A DNA stretch of 64,000 nucleotides from contig NIVC01000032.1 of assembly GCA_002269645.1 (NCBI GenBank), positions 744,001 through 808,000 on the forward strand, written 5' to 3'. A model generated the notes under the pieces. The model was not told where the DNA came from. It ran no database searches and saw only the letters and a program-made list of their open reading frames with translations. The position numbers were made by a program, and so were the translations under genes. Within the stretch, counting starts at the first letter, position 1, and each line of letters starts with the position of its first letter. The DNA is from Macrostomum lignano. Taxonomy: Eukaryota. Shown piece by piece: positions 1 through 13,109 of this stretch.

Positions 1-1639
1 CAGGCTAAAATAATTGCTTACATTAATCTTTTGGCAACTGAAACATCAATTCAAAGGTGCTTCGTACATTAAAAAAACAAAGTTGCTTAAAATATTACCT
101 CCAATTCATCATTGATTGGAGCAGTAGGTTTGTCACGGAAACTCATGTTTGCTTGCGAGCTGCCAGAAAATTACAGCTGCTTTTTTAAACGACTGGAGCA
201 GCTTTGTATCTGAAATCTACAATGCTCGAAAAGTTTCTAGAAAGTCGGCTTAAACGCACAATCAGTTATTTCAGTATCAACACATGCACAGAGCCAGACT
301 GTAAAACTAAGTCGCATCGCGGAGTCGAAAAGCCATTCAGAATCTTAAATTTTTGTATTTGCTATCGTGAGAAATGAATGATATACTTTGAAGCATAATA
401 AAAATGTAAATATTACAAATTTTAGCAAGCGGCTGTTTATTTTATCCGTGCCGAAGCTTAGAATGGATTTTACTATACATTTTGTTATACATGTTCCTTC
501 GCACGGTAAAACATTTTAGTTAAAATTTTAATCCGTTGACAATATGCTTTGCAATTCCAAATGGTTATTTGTAAAATGGTTTAGTTTTTTATTATTTTTA
601 AAACGGGATAAACTTATGAACTAAGTCGTAATGAAGATATACATAAATATTCCAATAATGATTGTTTTCCCCGCTTCCTTATACGACATTAACAACAAGC
701 CGTGTGCCATAAGTATTTGTTATTTTCTTTATTTGATTAAAATAAGTATTGAAAACGTTTAGACACAAAATATAGCGCACAAAAATTCATTCCTGACAAT
801 GAGAGGTCTGTCAAAATGTGGGCTTTCTATATATTTGCACAGACACGTATATTTTTGTTTTACACACACTGTGTCACTATATGTATAATTGAGAAACACA
901 GCTGTCAGCTGAATAATATTTGATAAAATACAACAGTTTTTATTAACTACTTGATGCTGAAAGCAGAATAAAATAGAGCGAATGTTTAGCAGAAAAAAAC
1001 TTTTTTGAAAAAAAGAAATATTTTTGAGAGACAGTACATCAAAACTACAACTGTTGCACGAACGATTCAGTGGATTTAATGTAATTAAAAAGGGACACGA
1101 TGACCGTATTTAACACTGCTTAATTAAGGCGTATTTGACGAATCTGCAAAAAGTATATGTTTGATGGGATACTAATTTCCCACACGATAAAAAATAAAAG
1201 AATTCCAGCTGACGGCAAGCATGCTGAATTAAATTTGCAAAACAAATAACAGAAACCAAATGTGTCAAAGCTGAAAAAGCAACAAAAACCAAGGGTTGTT
1301 CATTTTGTTAAAATGATCATTTTTTCTGGGTTTTTTTCATTTTTTCTCTGATGAGCATTCTGTTTGTTACTTGACGTCCCAAAGGATCTTGTTGAAATCT
1401 CGGCTGTTCTAATTAAAATGAATGAATATAGAGTAAAAATTGTGATGCGCTGTCTCGATCGAACTGAACTGCTTCTACGCGTTTTCCCAAACGAAACTGC
1501 GAAAGGAGCAACAGCAGCATGCAGCAGCTTTGAGTAACGCTGAGCACACGCCGAGATGAACCTAATGATCGAGAGGACGAGGGAACGCTCTGTTGGGTCC
1601 CGTCGATCTCTCGTCAAAGTCCCAACCGGTTCGGATCCC

Positions 1640-1762
1640 CTAAGCGTTGACGCCACCGCCTCGAAGGATTCGCAAGAAACGCGAATCGGTAGACGCGCCA
1701 ATGTTAGCCCCGTTGTTGCTGACGCCGGAGACACTCTGGAGCACAGAGCTCGTCAGCGGTTG
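1640..1762 (-). CDS. Candidate SLC6 terminal exon 12 (QPLTSSVLQSVSG...GGGVNA*)
   Basis: Acceptor ctttttaacaaacctgttgcag at 1763-1765, phase 0, 40 codons then TAG. The GC content is higher than the flanks. No homology support. Confidence 0.35.
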   Translation of the reverse strand, partial: QPLTSSVLQSVSGVSNNGANIGASTDSRFLRILRGGGVNA

Positions 1763-2146
1763 CTGCAACAGGTTTGTTAAAAAGATCATTTATCCGGTCC
1801 CGTAAGAATACACACGCTTGCTACGAGTGTTAGTCGTCAATTTGAGCAGTGCCTAAAAATAGTCAAGGACTACTCAAGTACAAGGACGGGAAACCACGTT
1901 TCTTGGAGGAACATTTTAGGAGGCAGGCATTTTTTTACCGAAAAAAAATCATTATGGAGATAGGAGGTTTTTATTTTTGCAGCACAAAAATCGTTATGGC
2001 TTCTGATATAGGAGGCAGACCTTATAATGCTTTTCTTTTGATATGCTTTGCCTTTATTATAGCTCTATTGATATTCATAAAGCTTTTTGTTTGAAAAATT
2101 AGGATTCTATCTTAATTTTATATCCTACGTACAATCTCACATTTAC

Positions 2147-2284
2147 TGTGTCTAAAATGGTAAAACCTGGCTCCGTAAAGTTTCCAAGCAGCGTAGTTTC
2201 TTGTCCTTCTACTTGAGTAAGTCCTTGACTATTGACTGCAATGTCCGAAGGTTTCAAGCCAGCGTTACACTCTACAACAGTGTG
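2147..2284 (-). CDS. Candidate additional SLC6 C-terminal exon 11 (phase 0; HTVVEC...ILDT; can read through to a stop at 2099)
   Basis: Exon 10 ends at a strong donor (CAG|gtgagt, 2518). There is a good acceptor ctaaacctttcag at 2285-2287, an open frame for 46 codons, and a donor ACA|gtaaat at 2146. No homology support. Confidence 0.45.
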
Positions 2285-2470
2285 CTGAAAGGTTTAGATT
2301 AAATTACTATTTTTATCCTGCATGGTTTGGTTGGCCTGTTGATACGGACAAAGGGACAGTCGTTTCAAAGCCAGCGAAACACACAAACAGTCATAACAGA
2401 TACGTACGCAGGCACACACTTCCATAGGATGTACAGCGCCACTTTGCATACACATCGTCATTCTTGGTTG

Positions 2471-5400
2471 TTAATCAAGCGCACAAGCCTCAAATTTGAT
2501 CAATTCGACGTTACTCACCTGTGACGTCTCGAACGGCAGTCCGTCGCCGTTCATGTCTTCGTTGCCGACTCTGGAACGACGGCGGACCTTCTTGCCCATC
2601 TCGCGGCCCCAGCTGCGGTGGGGCAGCATCAGGCTGTGTATCTTCTGTTGGAAATAAGAAAGAGTATGACTGAGCATGCTTAGAAAGCAGACTTTTTGGT
2701 CAATAGCCGGCCTAAGCCCCATTATTAAAAAGTTTTATTGCTGTGAAAACAGCCTATGTCAATTATCAGTACGTAACGACATTTCTCGAAGATTTCCCAT
2801 TTGATAAATCTGATGTCAAGAACTACATATGTCAAATCTCGGTCTGAGGCAATTCTGCCCATTCCACTGACACCTGAGCACACACTGCTCGTATATATTT
2901 ACATCAAAACCAGAAGATTCTTTCTTACCTGCTTTAGCGACATGTTGCCCTTCAACGTGACAACTTTATAGATGGCAACTCCAGGCATTGGCATGACAAC
3001 AAGCATCGAGATCACCCAGCCAGCAATGTCAGCGCTCGGCGGAAACTCATACAGGCCGTACTTTGACGGTTTAATCGACGTGAAGGTGAAAATAGCCACA
3101 GAAATGAGTACCAATGGCGAGAAAAACTGCCAGACGATTTTCCAGAAGGTTCGGGACTTTCGAATGAAAGGGTTCATTTCCTCGATGTTGTCTAGAAAAT
3201 TGTCAGCTCCGTACACCCAGGTGATGACTACCAGTTCTAGGAATCCAACCACGAGAACAGAATAGGTGCAGCTGTAGTTATCCAGCAGTTGAAGAACGAA
3301 CATTCCACCCTGAGAATGGCCGAGGCATCAATGAAGGTTTAAAATACAATAAAAGGCTTCAAGTGCTCGATAGTCTGTTCAAACTAATATTCAATTCTTG
3401 CTAGAACGGAATACTGAGAAGCGCCAGGGGCGCTAGCACCAGGGGCGCCAGCACCAGGGGCGCCAGCACCAGGGGCGCCAGCACCAGGGGCGCCAGCACC
3501 AGGGGCGCCAGCACCAGGGGCGCCAGCACCAGGGGCGCCAGCGCCAGCACCAGGGGCGTCAGCACCAGGGGCGCCAGCACCAGGGGCGCCAGCACCAGGG
3601 GCGCCAGCACCAGGGGCGCCAGCACCAGGGGCGCCAGCACCAGGGGCGCCAGCACCAGGGGCGCCAGCACCAGGGGCGCCAGCACCAGGGGCGCCAGCAC
3701 CAGGGGCGCCAGCACCAGGGGCGCCAGCACCAGGGGCGCCAGCACCAGGGGCGCCATAAATTTGCTACTCCTCTGCTCTATCTTACCACGCGGTCTATTC
3801 AGGGTGTGTCCAAATCCTAATTTAATGAGCTTGAGCTAAAAAACATAAACTTCAGAACCATCTCGTACCCGAGTTGTGCAGGGCAGGCCACAGACAAAGG
3901 CCAGCAGGCAGATGGCGCAGAGCACAATGAACGGCCGTTTGCCGATGCTAAGGTGCCGGCTCCAGTTGTCGCACACGGATGTAACCAGCGTGTTCACATT
4001 GGCAATCATGGTGCCAAAGCCGAGGGTGAGCAGCATGCCAAAGAATAGAGCGGCCCACAGCGGCGACACGGGCATCGAAGTCACAATGTCCGGGTAGAGA
4101 ATAAAGGCCAAACCAGCGCCTGAAATCATGCCAAATGTTCCTTCATCGATATATAGATATTTTTAAGACCGAATGAGCATCTCACCATCCTTGGCTACTT
4201 CGTCGATGGGCACAGACATCACGTGACTCATGTAGCCAAGCACGCAGAAGACGGTCATGCCGGCATAGATTGACGTGGCGCCGTCGCCCAGTGACACCAG
4301 AAGGGAGTCACTGAATATTGATTTATTTTTAATTCGCAAAATTGCTTCAAAATATTGGCTGTTTTTGTAGGCCGCTATGCTCATATCAAGGTAAAATATA
4401 TAAAATATGAGAAACTTACAGCAAAGCGTTATTATGGAATTTATTGTAGCTGCTCAAAGCGATGATCCCGCCCCAGCCGCTGGCCAGAGAGAAAAACACC
4501 TGTGGAAAATGTTGTTATTTTTTGTTGACTTCAGTTCGCTGATTCCCCGAGCACTCTACAAGCGCGCCAATACTGTACGCAGGCTGTCAGAGAAAAAGTA
4601 CAAAGTGTACCTGCATCGCGGCGTCGCCCCAGACCTTCGCGTCGGCCAGCCGATCCCAGTTGGGAATGAAAAAGTACTCCAAACCCTTTGAGCTGCCCTC
4701 CAGAGTGAGTCCACGAATCAGCAGAATGGTGAGCACAAGGTATGGAAACAACCCTGTGAAATACACAGCCTGAAAAATAAAAAAATAATTTCTTTATCAT
4801 TCAAAAAGTTTAGATTTGATAGATGTTTTCTGTTTTCTTATTAAAAACAATAAATATAGATCAAATTTTCGGTGTGGTCTACTGCTGGTCAGTAGTCTGA
4901 TGATGATAGTGCAATATTATCATACCAGCTAAGTTCCCGTGACCTCTAAATGTATAAAATCTGGCCAAAATTAATTCACATGTATGCTATTTAGGTAAAT
5001 GAACTGTAAATTTACACAAATCTAATGCAAACTAATTATTAAGTTTTGTATATTTCTGATGGGTTTTTTATTTAGTCACACGCCAGCAACACTGTTTTAG
5101 TGTGAATCAAGCCGGCTAAGCTTTATAAACCGCTGTTACATCTAGCTTGTTATTTGAATAAATTTTATACTCTTCTTAGTCCTAAGTCTAGAAACTAATA
5201 AAAACTGTAAGAGAGAGAGAGTGGTCAGGCAGATCAAAGTCGGGCAGATTTGTATCAAAGTAGGTCAACGGTCAAAGTGTAATTGAGCCTAGTAGCTGTG
5301 GGGTACCTCTAGGGAATTTTCTGTAAAGATATGCGACTTTTATTTCTTGATAACCACTGGATATATTATTCGACAATAAGTTCGAGCAACAGCGAGGGGC

Positions 5401-8400
5401 TTTATCAAACTCAAATCTTCACAAACTCAAATCTTCACAAACTGGAATCTTCACAAACTCGAATTTTCAAAAACTGGAATCTTCACAAACTCGAATTTTC
5501 ACAAACTTGAAACTTCACAAGCTCGAATCTTTACAAGCTCGAATCTTCACAAGCTCGATGCTTCACAAACTCAAATCTTCACAAACTCGAATCTTCACAA
5601 ACTGGAATCTTCACAAACTCGAATCTTCACAAACTCAAATCTTCACAAACTCGAATCTTTACAAACGGGAATCTTCACAAACTCGAATCTTTACAAACTC
5701 GAATTTTCACAAGCTTGAAACTTCACAAGCTCGAATCTTCACAAGCTCGATGCTTCACAAACTCAAAACTTCACAAACTCGAGTCTTTACAAACTCGAAT
5801 CTGCTCGAAAAAATGCTCGCCTTTGAAAAGCTTCTAATTATCTATTAATTACAGCCCCGTCGCTGCAAAAATGTCTATGGCCAAAAAACCATCTGAATCA
5901 GTGCAAAGTCATTGGTATGAGACTCTGTTCATGCCACAGATTCTATTTACCCCTAGATGGGCCACTCCAACCGGGGTTCAGACCATAGACTGCAGCTTCT
6001 TCTGCTACTCTAAAGCACTATAGCAGCAGCAGCGACAGCTGGTGTCTGTGGCCCTAACCCCGGGGTAAATACGGTAGCGAGTTACTGGAATGACACATCT
6101 AAGTAATATAGAATGGTGTAGCAGTTGGTGCAATATAGAATAAAGAATCTATGATTCATGCCCCCCCCCCAATACTGTCTATGGTACTTGGCCAATTCAA
6201 AAAAGAATTTTTGCAAATTGAAAAAGTTTCTAAGAACTTAACAATATTAATTTTTTAGTCTATCATTTGGCGATAAAATTTTTTGTTGACACTGATACAG
6301 TTTTCCTCGAATACACAAAATTTGATACAGTTTCTGCGCAAGAAACAGCATTTGCCGTGTTGACTGCTGATTGCTACGTTGATGATGCATTGCTAGTCAC
6401 ACTAGAAAATTGCAGTGCAAATTTACGTGTAGGAGAATAACTGCAGTGGGGTAGTCGACCAGTAGAAAGCGAGGAGGCAACTGCACTCGTGCCTCTCACG
6501 CTCACACAAGGTGTACAGGGGGATCGAATGAAACTCACTTTTCCAGCAGATTTGACTCCCCGAATCAGGCAGAGGATCACCACAATCCAAGAGGCCAGCA
6601 GGCAGAGGACCAGTTCCCATTTCGGCAAGCCCATCTCGTGAAATCCGTTTGAGATAGACAGGACGAAGTTGCTGGAATATAGCGGTTAAAAAGTTAATAG
6701 ACAGGTACAGTGTTTCAAAGAGCATTAAGTTAATAATAATATGCTTCTAGTTGCGCTGACGCAATTCTGCACATTCCGCAGACTCCTGAGTCAGAGTGCA
6801 GGCACAGCACTCATACACACGCTCACTCAGGGTGTAAAGCGGCAATGAATTTCTAATCATCCAGGCATTTACACTCTCTGTGACTACAGCTAAGCTGTCG
6901 CGGAATTTACAGGCTACTCACTGAAAGTACTCGTCGCTGGAGGTCTTGGGCGCGGGCACCGAGCCCAGAAAGTTGTGCAGCAGGCTGGTATTCGTGGAGT
7001 TCAACGTCGCGGCTTCGTCGTAGAATGTCGACAAGGCGGTACCGTCGGGCGTGTCGTTTCCAGGAAACGGCCTCATGGCCCCATCCGAAGACTCCATCAC
7101 CCAGCTGGCGTTGTTGGGCAGCAGGCAGCTGTGGTTCAGAGCGAAGGCGAAGAACCCGCCCTGACGCCTGCACCGATTTCTCTCCGACAAGGTGCGAATG
7201 TGCACGCAGTCGCCGGTGTTCCAGCTGGAGCTGCACGTGGTCCAGGGCAGGTCGCCAGTCACTGAGCTGATGCTCTGCCAGAAGTAGAACATCGTCCAAG
7301 CGATCAGCATGTTGTAGTAGATGCTGCCGCAAAATGTGATGATAATCATCGACCAACCGATGCCTGTTTTGTAAAAATGAGGGAAATTGTTGGGAGTGCG
7401 TTACTGTTGTATATACAGTTCGGTTGAATTACATAAAATTAGTAGATTGTGCTTTCTTAATGTTAAATGTAGTTAGGAACTTTATTAAATATCCAGGGCG
7501 ATCACAATGAGTCCTGAGAGGTTGCACGAGAGTGGGGAGTGAGATGTCCATGAGAATCAGCAGGTGATTGGGAGAGATGTCCATGAGAATCACCAGGTGA
7601 TTAGAAAGATGTCCATGAGCATTAGCAGGTGATGACAAAATTGGAAATAAAGTTCTAGTTTATTACTAGCAATCTAGTGCCCCCTTCGGGGCGCCCAATA
7701 AGCAAGGGACAAAAATTATTTATGTGAACCCTTTTTTCCTTGAGCGATTCTCCGCATGAGCCTTGACATCACAGTTTATTTATTCAAATATTAGACCTGT
7801 ATGATTACATAGATTGTTGTTGTAATAGCCACTTGATGGTCATATTAGTCTTGGTTAGGACATTAATTAGGTCAGACAATGTGTCCAATGCTTCCAGTCT
7901 TGAGTACTCGAAAATTTAGTTCGCAACTACTAGGAAAAACTTTTTAGAGAGTTCATCATTACCTACATAAGTACGTATAGTTCACCCCCGCCCAAGACCA
8001 GGCAATTGGTCTTAGTCTGTTGGAAATATTCCATGGAAAACTAAAAAAAGACGTCGTAAAGGCTATATAATTGAAGGCTGCACATAGCCCCCCAGTCATC
8101 AGGGGCTATACGAGTATAATGAGAGAGAAAAGTTCAACAGAACACTTCTGCACAGCGGGTGCAGCAGCAGCAGTAGCAATAGCAGCACGAGCTGTGCTCA
8201 TGACGCGACACGGCAGCAGTCTCGCAGACAAAGAAAGAGACTAAAAAATTAGTCGGTAAATAACTAGAAGCCCTTGAGATTCTAAAGACTCCTGCAGTAG
8301 GGTAGCTGTCAGACTCTCTCAAACAACCCCCCTCCATGACTAAAGCTGTACGTCTCTGTCTCGTTCTCTTCCACTGTAATTTTATTTTAGACTGGCCAAA

Positions 8401-10127
8401 ATATGAATGGAAAACTACTGAGGAAACTGAGTAAGGGTGGAGAGAGAGAGGGACGCCCGCTCTTTACTTAGCCGTGATTTTCCTAGATAGATAATAGTAT
8501 AGAAATTAGAGCCAAGGATTACTAAAAACAATATTAATCTGGAGCGGAAACAAAGTACACTTATACAGTGTTTGATCATTCGGTATTTTTTTATGCAAAC
8601 ATTAAAGCCATTTAGAGCTAGCTTGTAGTTTGTTTTTCTTGTCCTGTAATAGTTTTATTCTTTGACTGAGCCAGCCAGCCAACTTACTATTTTGCCTTAT
8701 TTGTCACACGAGGCTCCAAGTTTACAAAATTCGGTGCGCCTAAGATGACGTCTGCATGATGCCTGAAAATGGGAACCTTTAGCAAAGGCCTCTTGCGGCA
8801 CTCCGCTACTAATATTTTAAGCTAAGGCCGTATGGGCCATGCGTGAGAGCATGAATCATCAACCCAAAGAGTCATAAACCATGAAGATTCTACGAATCTA
8901 AGGTGAACAGGGCTGGCTGTCTTTGTTAAAGGCTGCTGTAATCTTCAATGCTAAAAAGTCGATTGCACGGGTTTTCAACGGTTTAAACAGTAGGAATACC
9001 AAGCATTTTTCTGACCGTTGTTAAGCTACCAAAGGGGTAGGGGATTCCCACCATCTGACATTTTTTTGCTGCGCCGAAACGTAAACAAAGCAAAGCACAC
9101 GAAATTTTAAAACACCGGCTAACTTTTTGTTTTGCACCTTCTCAAACAGGAATCAAGTCGCCAACCCCCTGGACTGTCGAGATATTCGATAATTTTTGCC
9201 AGAAGGTCAGATTTAGTGTATTCAGTACACCCACTGTGCGCTGATCAAGCCTCGACAGTGGGCAAACCTCAACTGCTTGTGAAGCTTGTGGATTGTGAAT
9301 TTTGCCTTTGTTTGGAAATGAAAAGCTGTCAAGTTAAATAAAGTTCAATTTAGGTGTAGAGACATCCTGCTACATTCTTACCTGTGAAAAGTGGGCTAGC
9401 CTTCCACACAGTGATTGGTCCAGTGGCAGAGTACTGGCCAAAGCAGGTCTCCATGTAGAGCAGCGGAATTCCCACAGTCACTAGCATGCAGATGAAGGGT
9501 AGCAGAAAGGCGCCTCCACCATTCTGTTGTATTTTAATCAATAGTAAAAGTCATTTTGTTAGAATTGTATGCCTGTATGGTAAATTTAGTTGAATTATAT
9601 CAGTTGCACTAACAAACCAATTTAAAAAAATTAATATATATTAATCAAAAAAACCATTTTTTCTCATTTAAAAACAAAGTCAGTACTATGGCAATAAAAA
9701 TATTAGCTTTAATACTAATAAAACTGATAAAGATATTAAAAATGCATCTATAAATTCATATTTAATGGTGTAAAACTCTAGAAAAGCTAAATTCTAAAGA
9801 GAACTACCAATATCACTAATATGAACAATTCTACAATATAATTCTAAAACTAGAACTAGAACTATTTAAAATGTATATATTTGATGTACAATAAGGTTGG
9901 ACAATAACATTCAATTAAAATCAAATGTATCTATAGAAGAATCATGCAAAATCAATAAATTAATTTACCTTGTAACACAAGTAGGGAAATCGCCAAACAT
10001 TTCCCAAGCCAACAGCATAGGAGAGGCAAGAAAACAGAAATTCCGCTTTGCCACCCCAGGAGTCCCTGGTCTGCTCCTTGTCCTTGGATTCGCCTTCTTC
10101 TGGTACTGGCTGTTCAGCAAGATTCAT
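2471..10127 (-). CDS. SLC6: SLC6 (Na+/Cl- neurotransmitter:sodium symporter) transporter, glycine/neutral amino-acid (GlyT/ATB0,+-like) type, multi-exon
   Basis: Phase-consistent GT-AG exons: 10127-9969, 9523-9382, 7363-6922, 6671-6539, 4769-4611, 4499-4420, 4310-4186, 4119-3869, 3309-2929, 2644-2519 (666 codons). The end is either read-through to the stop at 2471 or further exons. Motifs: [40 protein letters not shown] (TM1), IYYN (TM3), PWTTC..WNT..C (EL2), [29 protein letters not shown] (TM6; the WGG is GlyT/ATB0,+-like), [14 protein letters not shown]. Confidence 0.93.
3421..3755 (+). repeat. 15-bp GC-rich minisatellite (GGGGCGCCAGCACCA)n, about 22 copies, in SLC6 intron 8
   Basis: Near-perfect tandem units; source of the LAPLV-repeat ORF. 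Confidence 0.95.
5405..5800 (+). repeat. Degenerate ~16-bp minisatellite (AAACTCGAATCTTCAC)n in SLC6 intron 4
   Basis: Direct inspection. Confidence 0.9.
5944..6071. mobile_element. Small foldback/MITE-like element
   Basis: TATTTACCCC at 5944 and GGGGTAAATA at about 6062-6071 are inverted, with a further imperfect inverted match inside (ggggttcagaccatagactgcagct versus ggggttagggccacagacaccagct). Confidence 0.4.
7538..7635 (+). repeat. About 33-bp unit x3 (GAGATGTCCATGAGAATCAGCAGGTGATTGG-like) in SLC6 intron 2
   Basis: Direct inspection. Confidence 0.75.
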
Positions 10128-12199
10128 CTGTTGATAGATAAGCATAATTAATAGGCCTAAGCATTGTTAATTTTTTATTGCATTTAATAATTTTTTTCTT
10201 GAAACAAACAAGAATTACTGGTAATGTTTCCTTTGATAATAATAGAAAATTAAGATTTATTTGCAAAAAGATGTTTTATTTACATTTAATTTGACTATTT
10301 TTGAATAGTGACAATGTGGTTTCTATTACAATAGCTTTTGAGGAGCAAATATGAAATTTAGAAAGAGAAAATGGGGATTTATTAAGGAAGTATATTATAA
10401 AATTTCTTTTGAATTTATGTGATTTGAATACATATAAGAGTAAGTTCAGTGTTTTTTTAGGAAAGGAACTCTATTCTATTTTGAAACTAAATTTCTATGT
10501 ATATATATATATGATAAATCTTGAAGATTATTTTCAAAATATAGCTTACCTCAAAGTCGTCAGCAATAGGATCAGATTGTTTTTTACTTAAGCTCATTGC
10601 AGCTTTAGTAAAAAAGGTTTAATTGTAAAATAATCAGTCAAATTCTTTATAAATAGACTCTCAAATATTACCACGGATTGACTGAAAACTTAATTTACAT
10701 TAACCACCTCTGTATAACAAATTAATTTATTTAAAAACAGAAAATAGAAATATATTTAGTTTGCTAGACACAATGAATGAGCTCAGCACTTAGTATGGAA
10801 AATTCCAGAGCCAGTTTTAGTGTTTTGAATAAAAGCCAAAAATATCGTGCTATTTAAAACAGAAGAATATTCACTTTCAATTTCCAGCCACATGCAAGCA
10901 TAAATGTTTAATATTAAAATACACGGGCTTTATTTTCTATTCTAATAGGTTGTATATAGCGGTTAGTTAAACTTTTTGTTATTTCACATAATCGCAGCAT
11001 TCTTTAAAGGCAGTACAAGCCGCTAATTTATTTTATAAAATATATGCCTCCTAAAATTGAGACATCTCAAGTTAAATGTATATTGGATTAATACTTTCGC
11101 GTCTGCTTAAGTCATCACTGTGTCTGCCTAGCTAAAAACTTATAACTAAATAATTTGAAATATATGCTTGAATCATGACTTCGAATTCGACATGTAATTG
11201 CAAGAGTAACCATACAAATGAAATTAAGCTCGGACAAATATGTTTTTTTCGTAAGTTCAAAATTTGGAGGAGTTCTTAATCCTGACTGGAGCTGACAGAC
11301 GCAAAACTATAAAAAAATTTAATATATATAGTGCGTTGGGAACTAATGCGTATTTAATTTGTACCTTCAAAAATAATTAATTTACCAGGGAACTTTTGGG
11401 AAAATTGTGATAATTTTTTATTTCCTAGAAAAATGTACGTCAGTCAATCTGACGAGGAGAAAAGATGATTGAGAACCAGGATGGCCATTTTTAAAAATCA
11501 CTTTTTTCGCAATATTTTTGAGTCGCAGCTGATGTCATGACCACATCATCAACTCTAATTAGAAAATTGTCACCAAGTTTTTTTAAAAGCTGGATTTATT
11601 TAATTTTTAGGTTAGTTGGAACTGGAAGACGGAAGCTTCAATAATAACGAGTAAAGATTGAAATAGCCCTAGCTTAGAGTACAGCATGACCTTTGAGTTT
11701 TAGGGACTGTTAGCTATCTGCAAACGTTTCATAAAGTTTGAGAATGAGTATAGCCAGACAAAACCATAAAATTGAGTGTCGGAGTACGTGACTTATAAGT
11801 ATTGATTCCTCAGATTATGATTATAAAAATGGTACTTCTATTGCATAGCGCCACCAATATGGAAGGTTGCTAAATTATTTTTAGCACGAACGAACTTTTA
11901 GCATGTATAAATTAAGTTATCGGGAATTACACGTACATGTACATGCAAACAATGCATAGATTTAAACATTCTTAATGTAATTTTATGAGCAGATTATTAA
12001 AAGGTAATTTTTAGGGAGATAAAATAAGTCTTAATTAAACTGCGTACTAACCAAGGCCAACTCAGCTTAACTTTGCTGGTGCTGACGAAAAAATGAGGAG
12101 GGTTGTCAGGGAAAAAGTGCACCAGAAGCGACTCGGAAAGACGTTTTGAATGGATATCAGAGAGTGCAGAATGAGCGTCAAGAAGAGCCGAAAAGGGCC

Positions 12200-12625
12200 G
12201 TCAGCTGGAAGCGTCTAAACGGAGCGTCAGGAAGCGCCAAAAAAGAGCGGTAGAAAGCGCCAAAAAGGAGCGGTAGAAAGCGTCAAAAAGGAGCGGTAGA
12301 AAGCGCCAAAAAGGAGCGGTAGAAAGCGCCAAAAAGGAGCGGTAGAAAGCGCCAAAAAGGAGCGGTAGAAAGCGCCAAAAAGGAGCGGTAGAAAGCGCCA
12401 AAAAGGAGCGGTAGAAAGCGCCAAAAAGGAGCGGTAGAAAGCGCCAAAAAGGAGCGGTAGAAAGCGCCAAAAAGGAGCGGTAGAAAGCGCCAAAAAGGAG
12501 CGGTAGAAAGAGCCAAAAAGGAGCGGTAGAAAGCGCCAAAAAGGAGCGGTAGAAAGCGCCAAAAAGGAGCGGTAGAAAGCGCCAAAAAAGATCGTCAGGA
12601 AGTGCCAAAAAGGGCCGTCAGGAAG
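12200..12625 (+). repeat. 23-bp minisatellite (GAAAGCGCCAAAAAGGAGCGGTA)n
   Basis: Tandem units; three overlapping repeat ORFs. Confidence 0.95.
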
Positions 12626-13109
12626 CGCCAAAAGCATTTCAGGGGGGCATCAAGAGGGGAGAAAGCTACAGCTTTCATTTCGATCAGCTCATGGCTGCAT
12701 CTATTTTAGGTTTGATTTCAATCCGGCTCAGAAATCTTGTCCAGGATTCATTAGCATGATCCGTCTTCATCATTGATTCTTGCAGCGGGGAGGCAGCTTA
12801 AGAAGCCTATTTTCGGGGCCAGACAAGGCAAGCACTGACCCGAAGTGATATAATCTTTCGTTTGGTGGTTTATTTTTGGAATTCTAATAGCCCGTCGCCC
12901 CAGAGTTTGTCGGGGTGGGGGGAGAACGGAGCTTTCTAGCAGAGTTTCGAAAATCAATGTCTTACTAACGATTTTTGTTTCAGTGGCTTGCATTCGGATT
13001 ATGAAATTAATATTTTATTACAAGCTAAATAGAGTTCATGGTGGAAGACTTGGGCTTGTTCCATTAACCCGTACGAGTATCTTTTCCTCTGATTGTGTAA
13101 TATTCGTAT

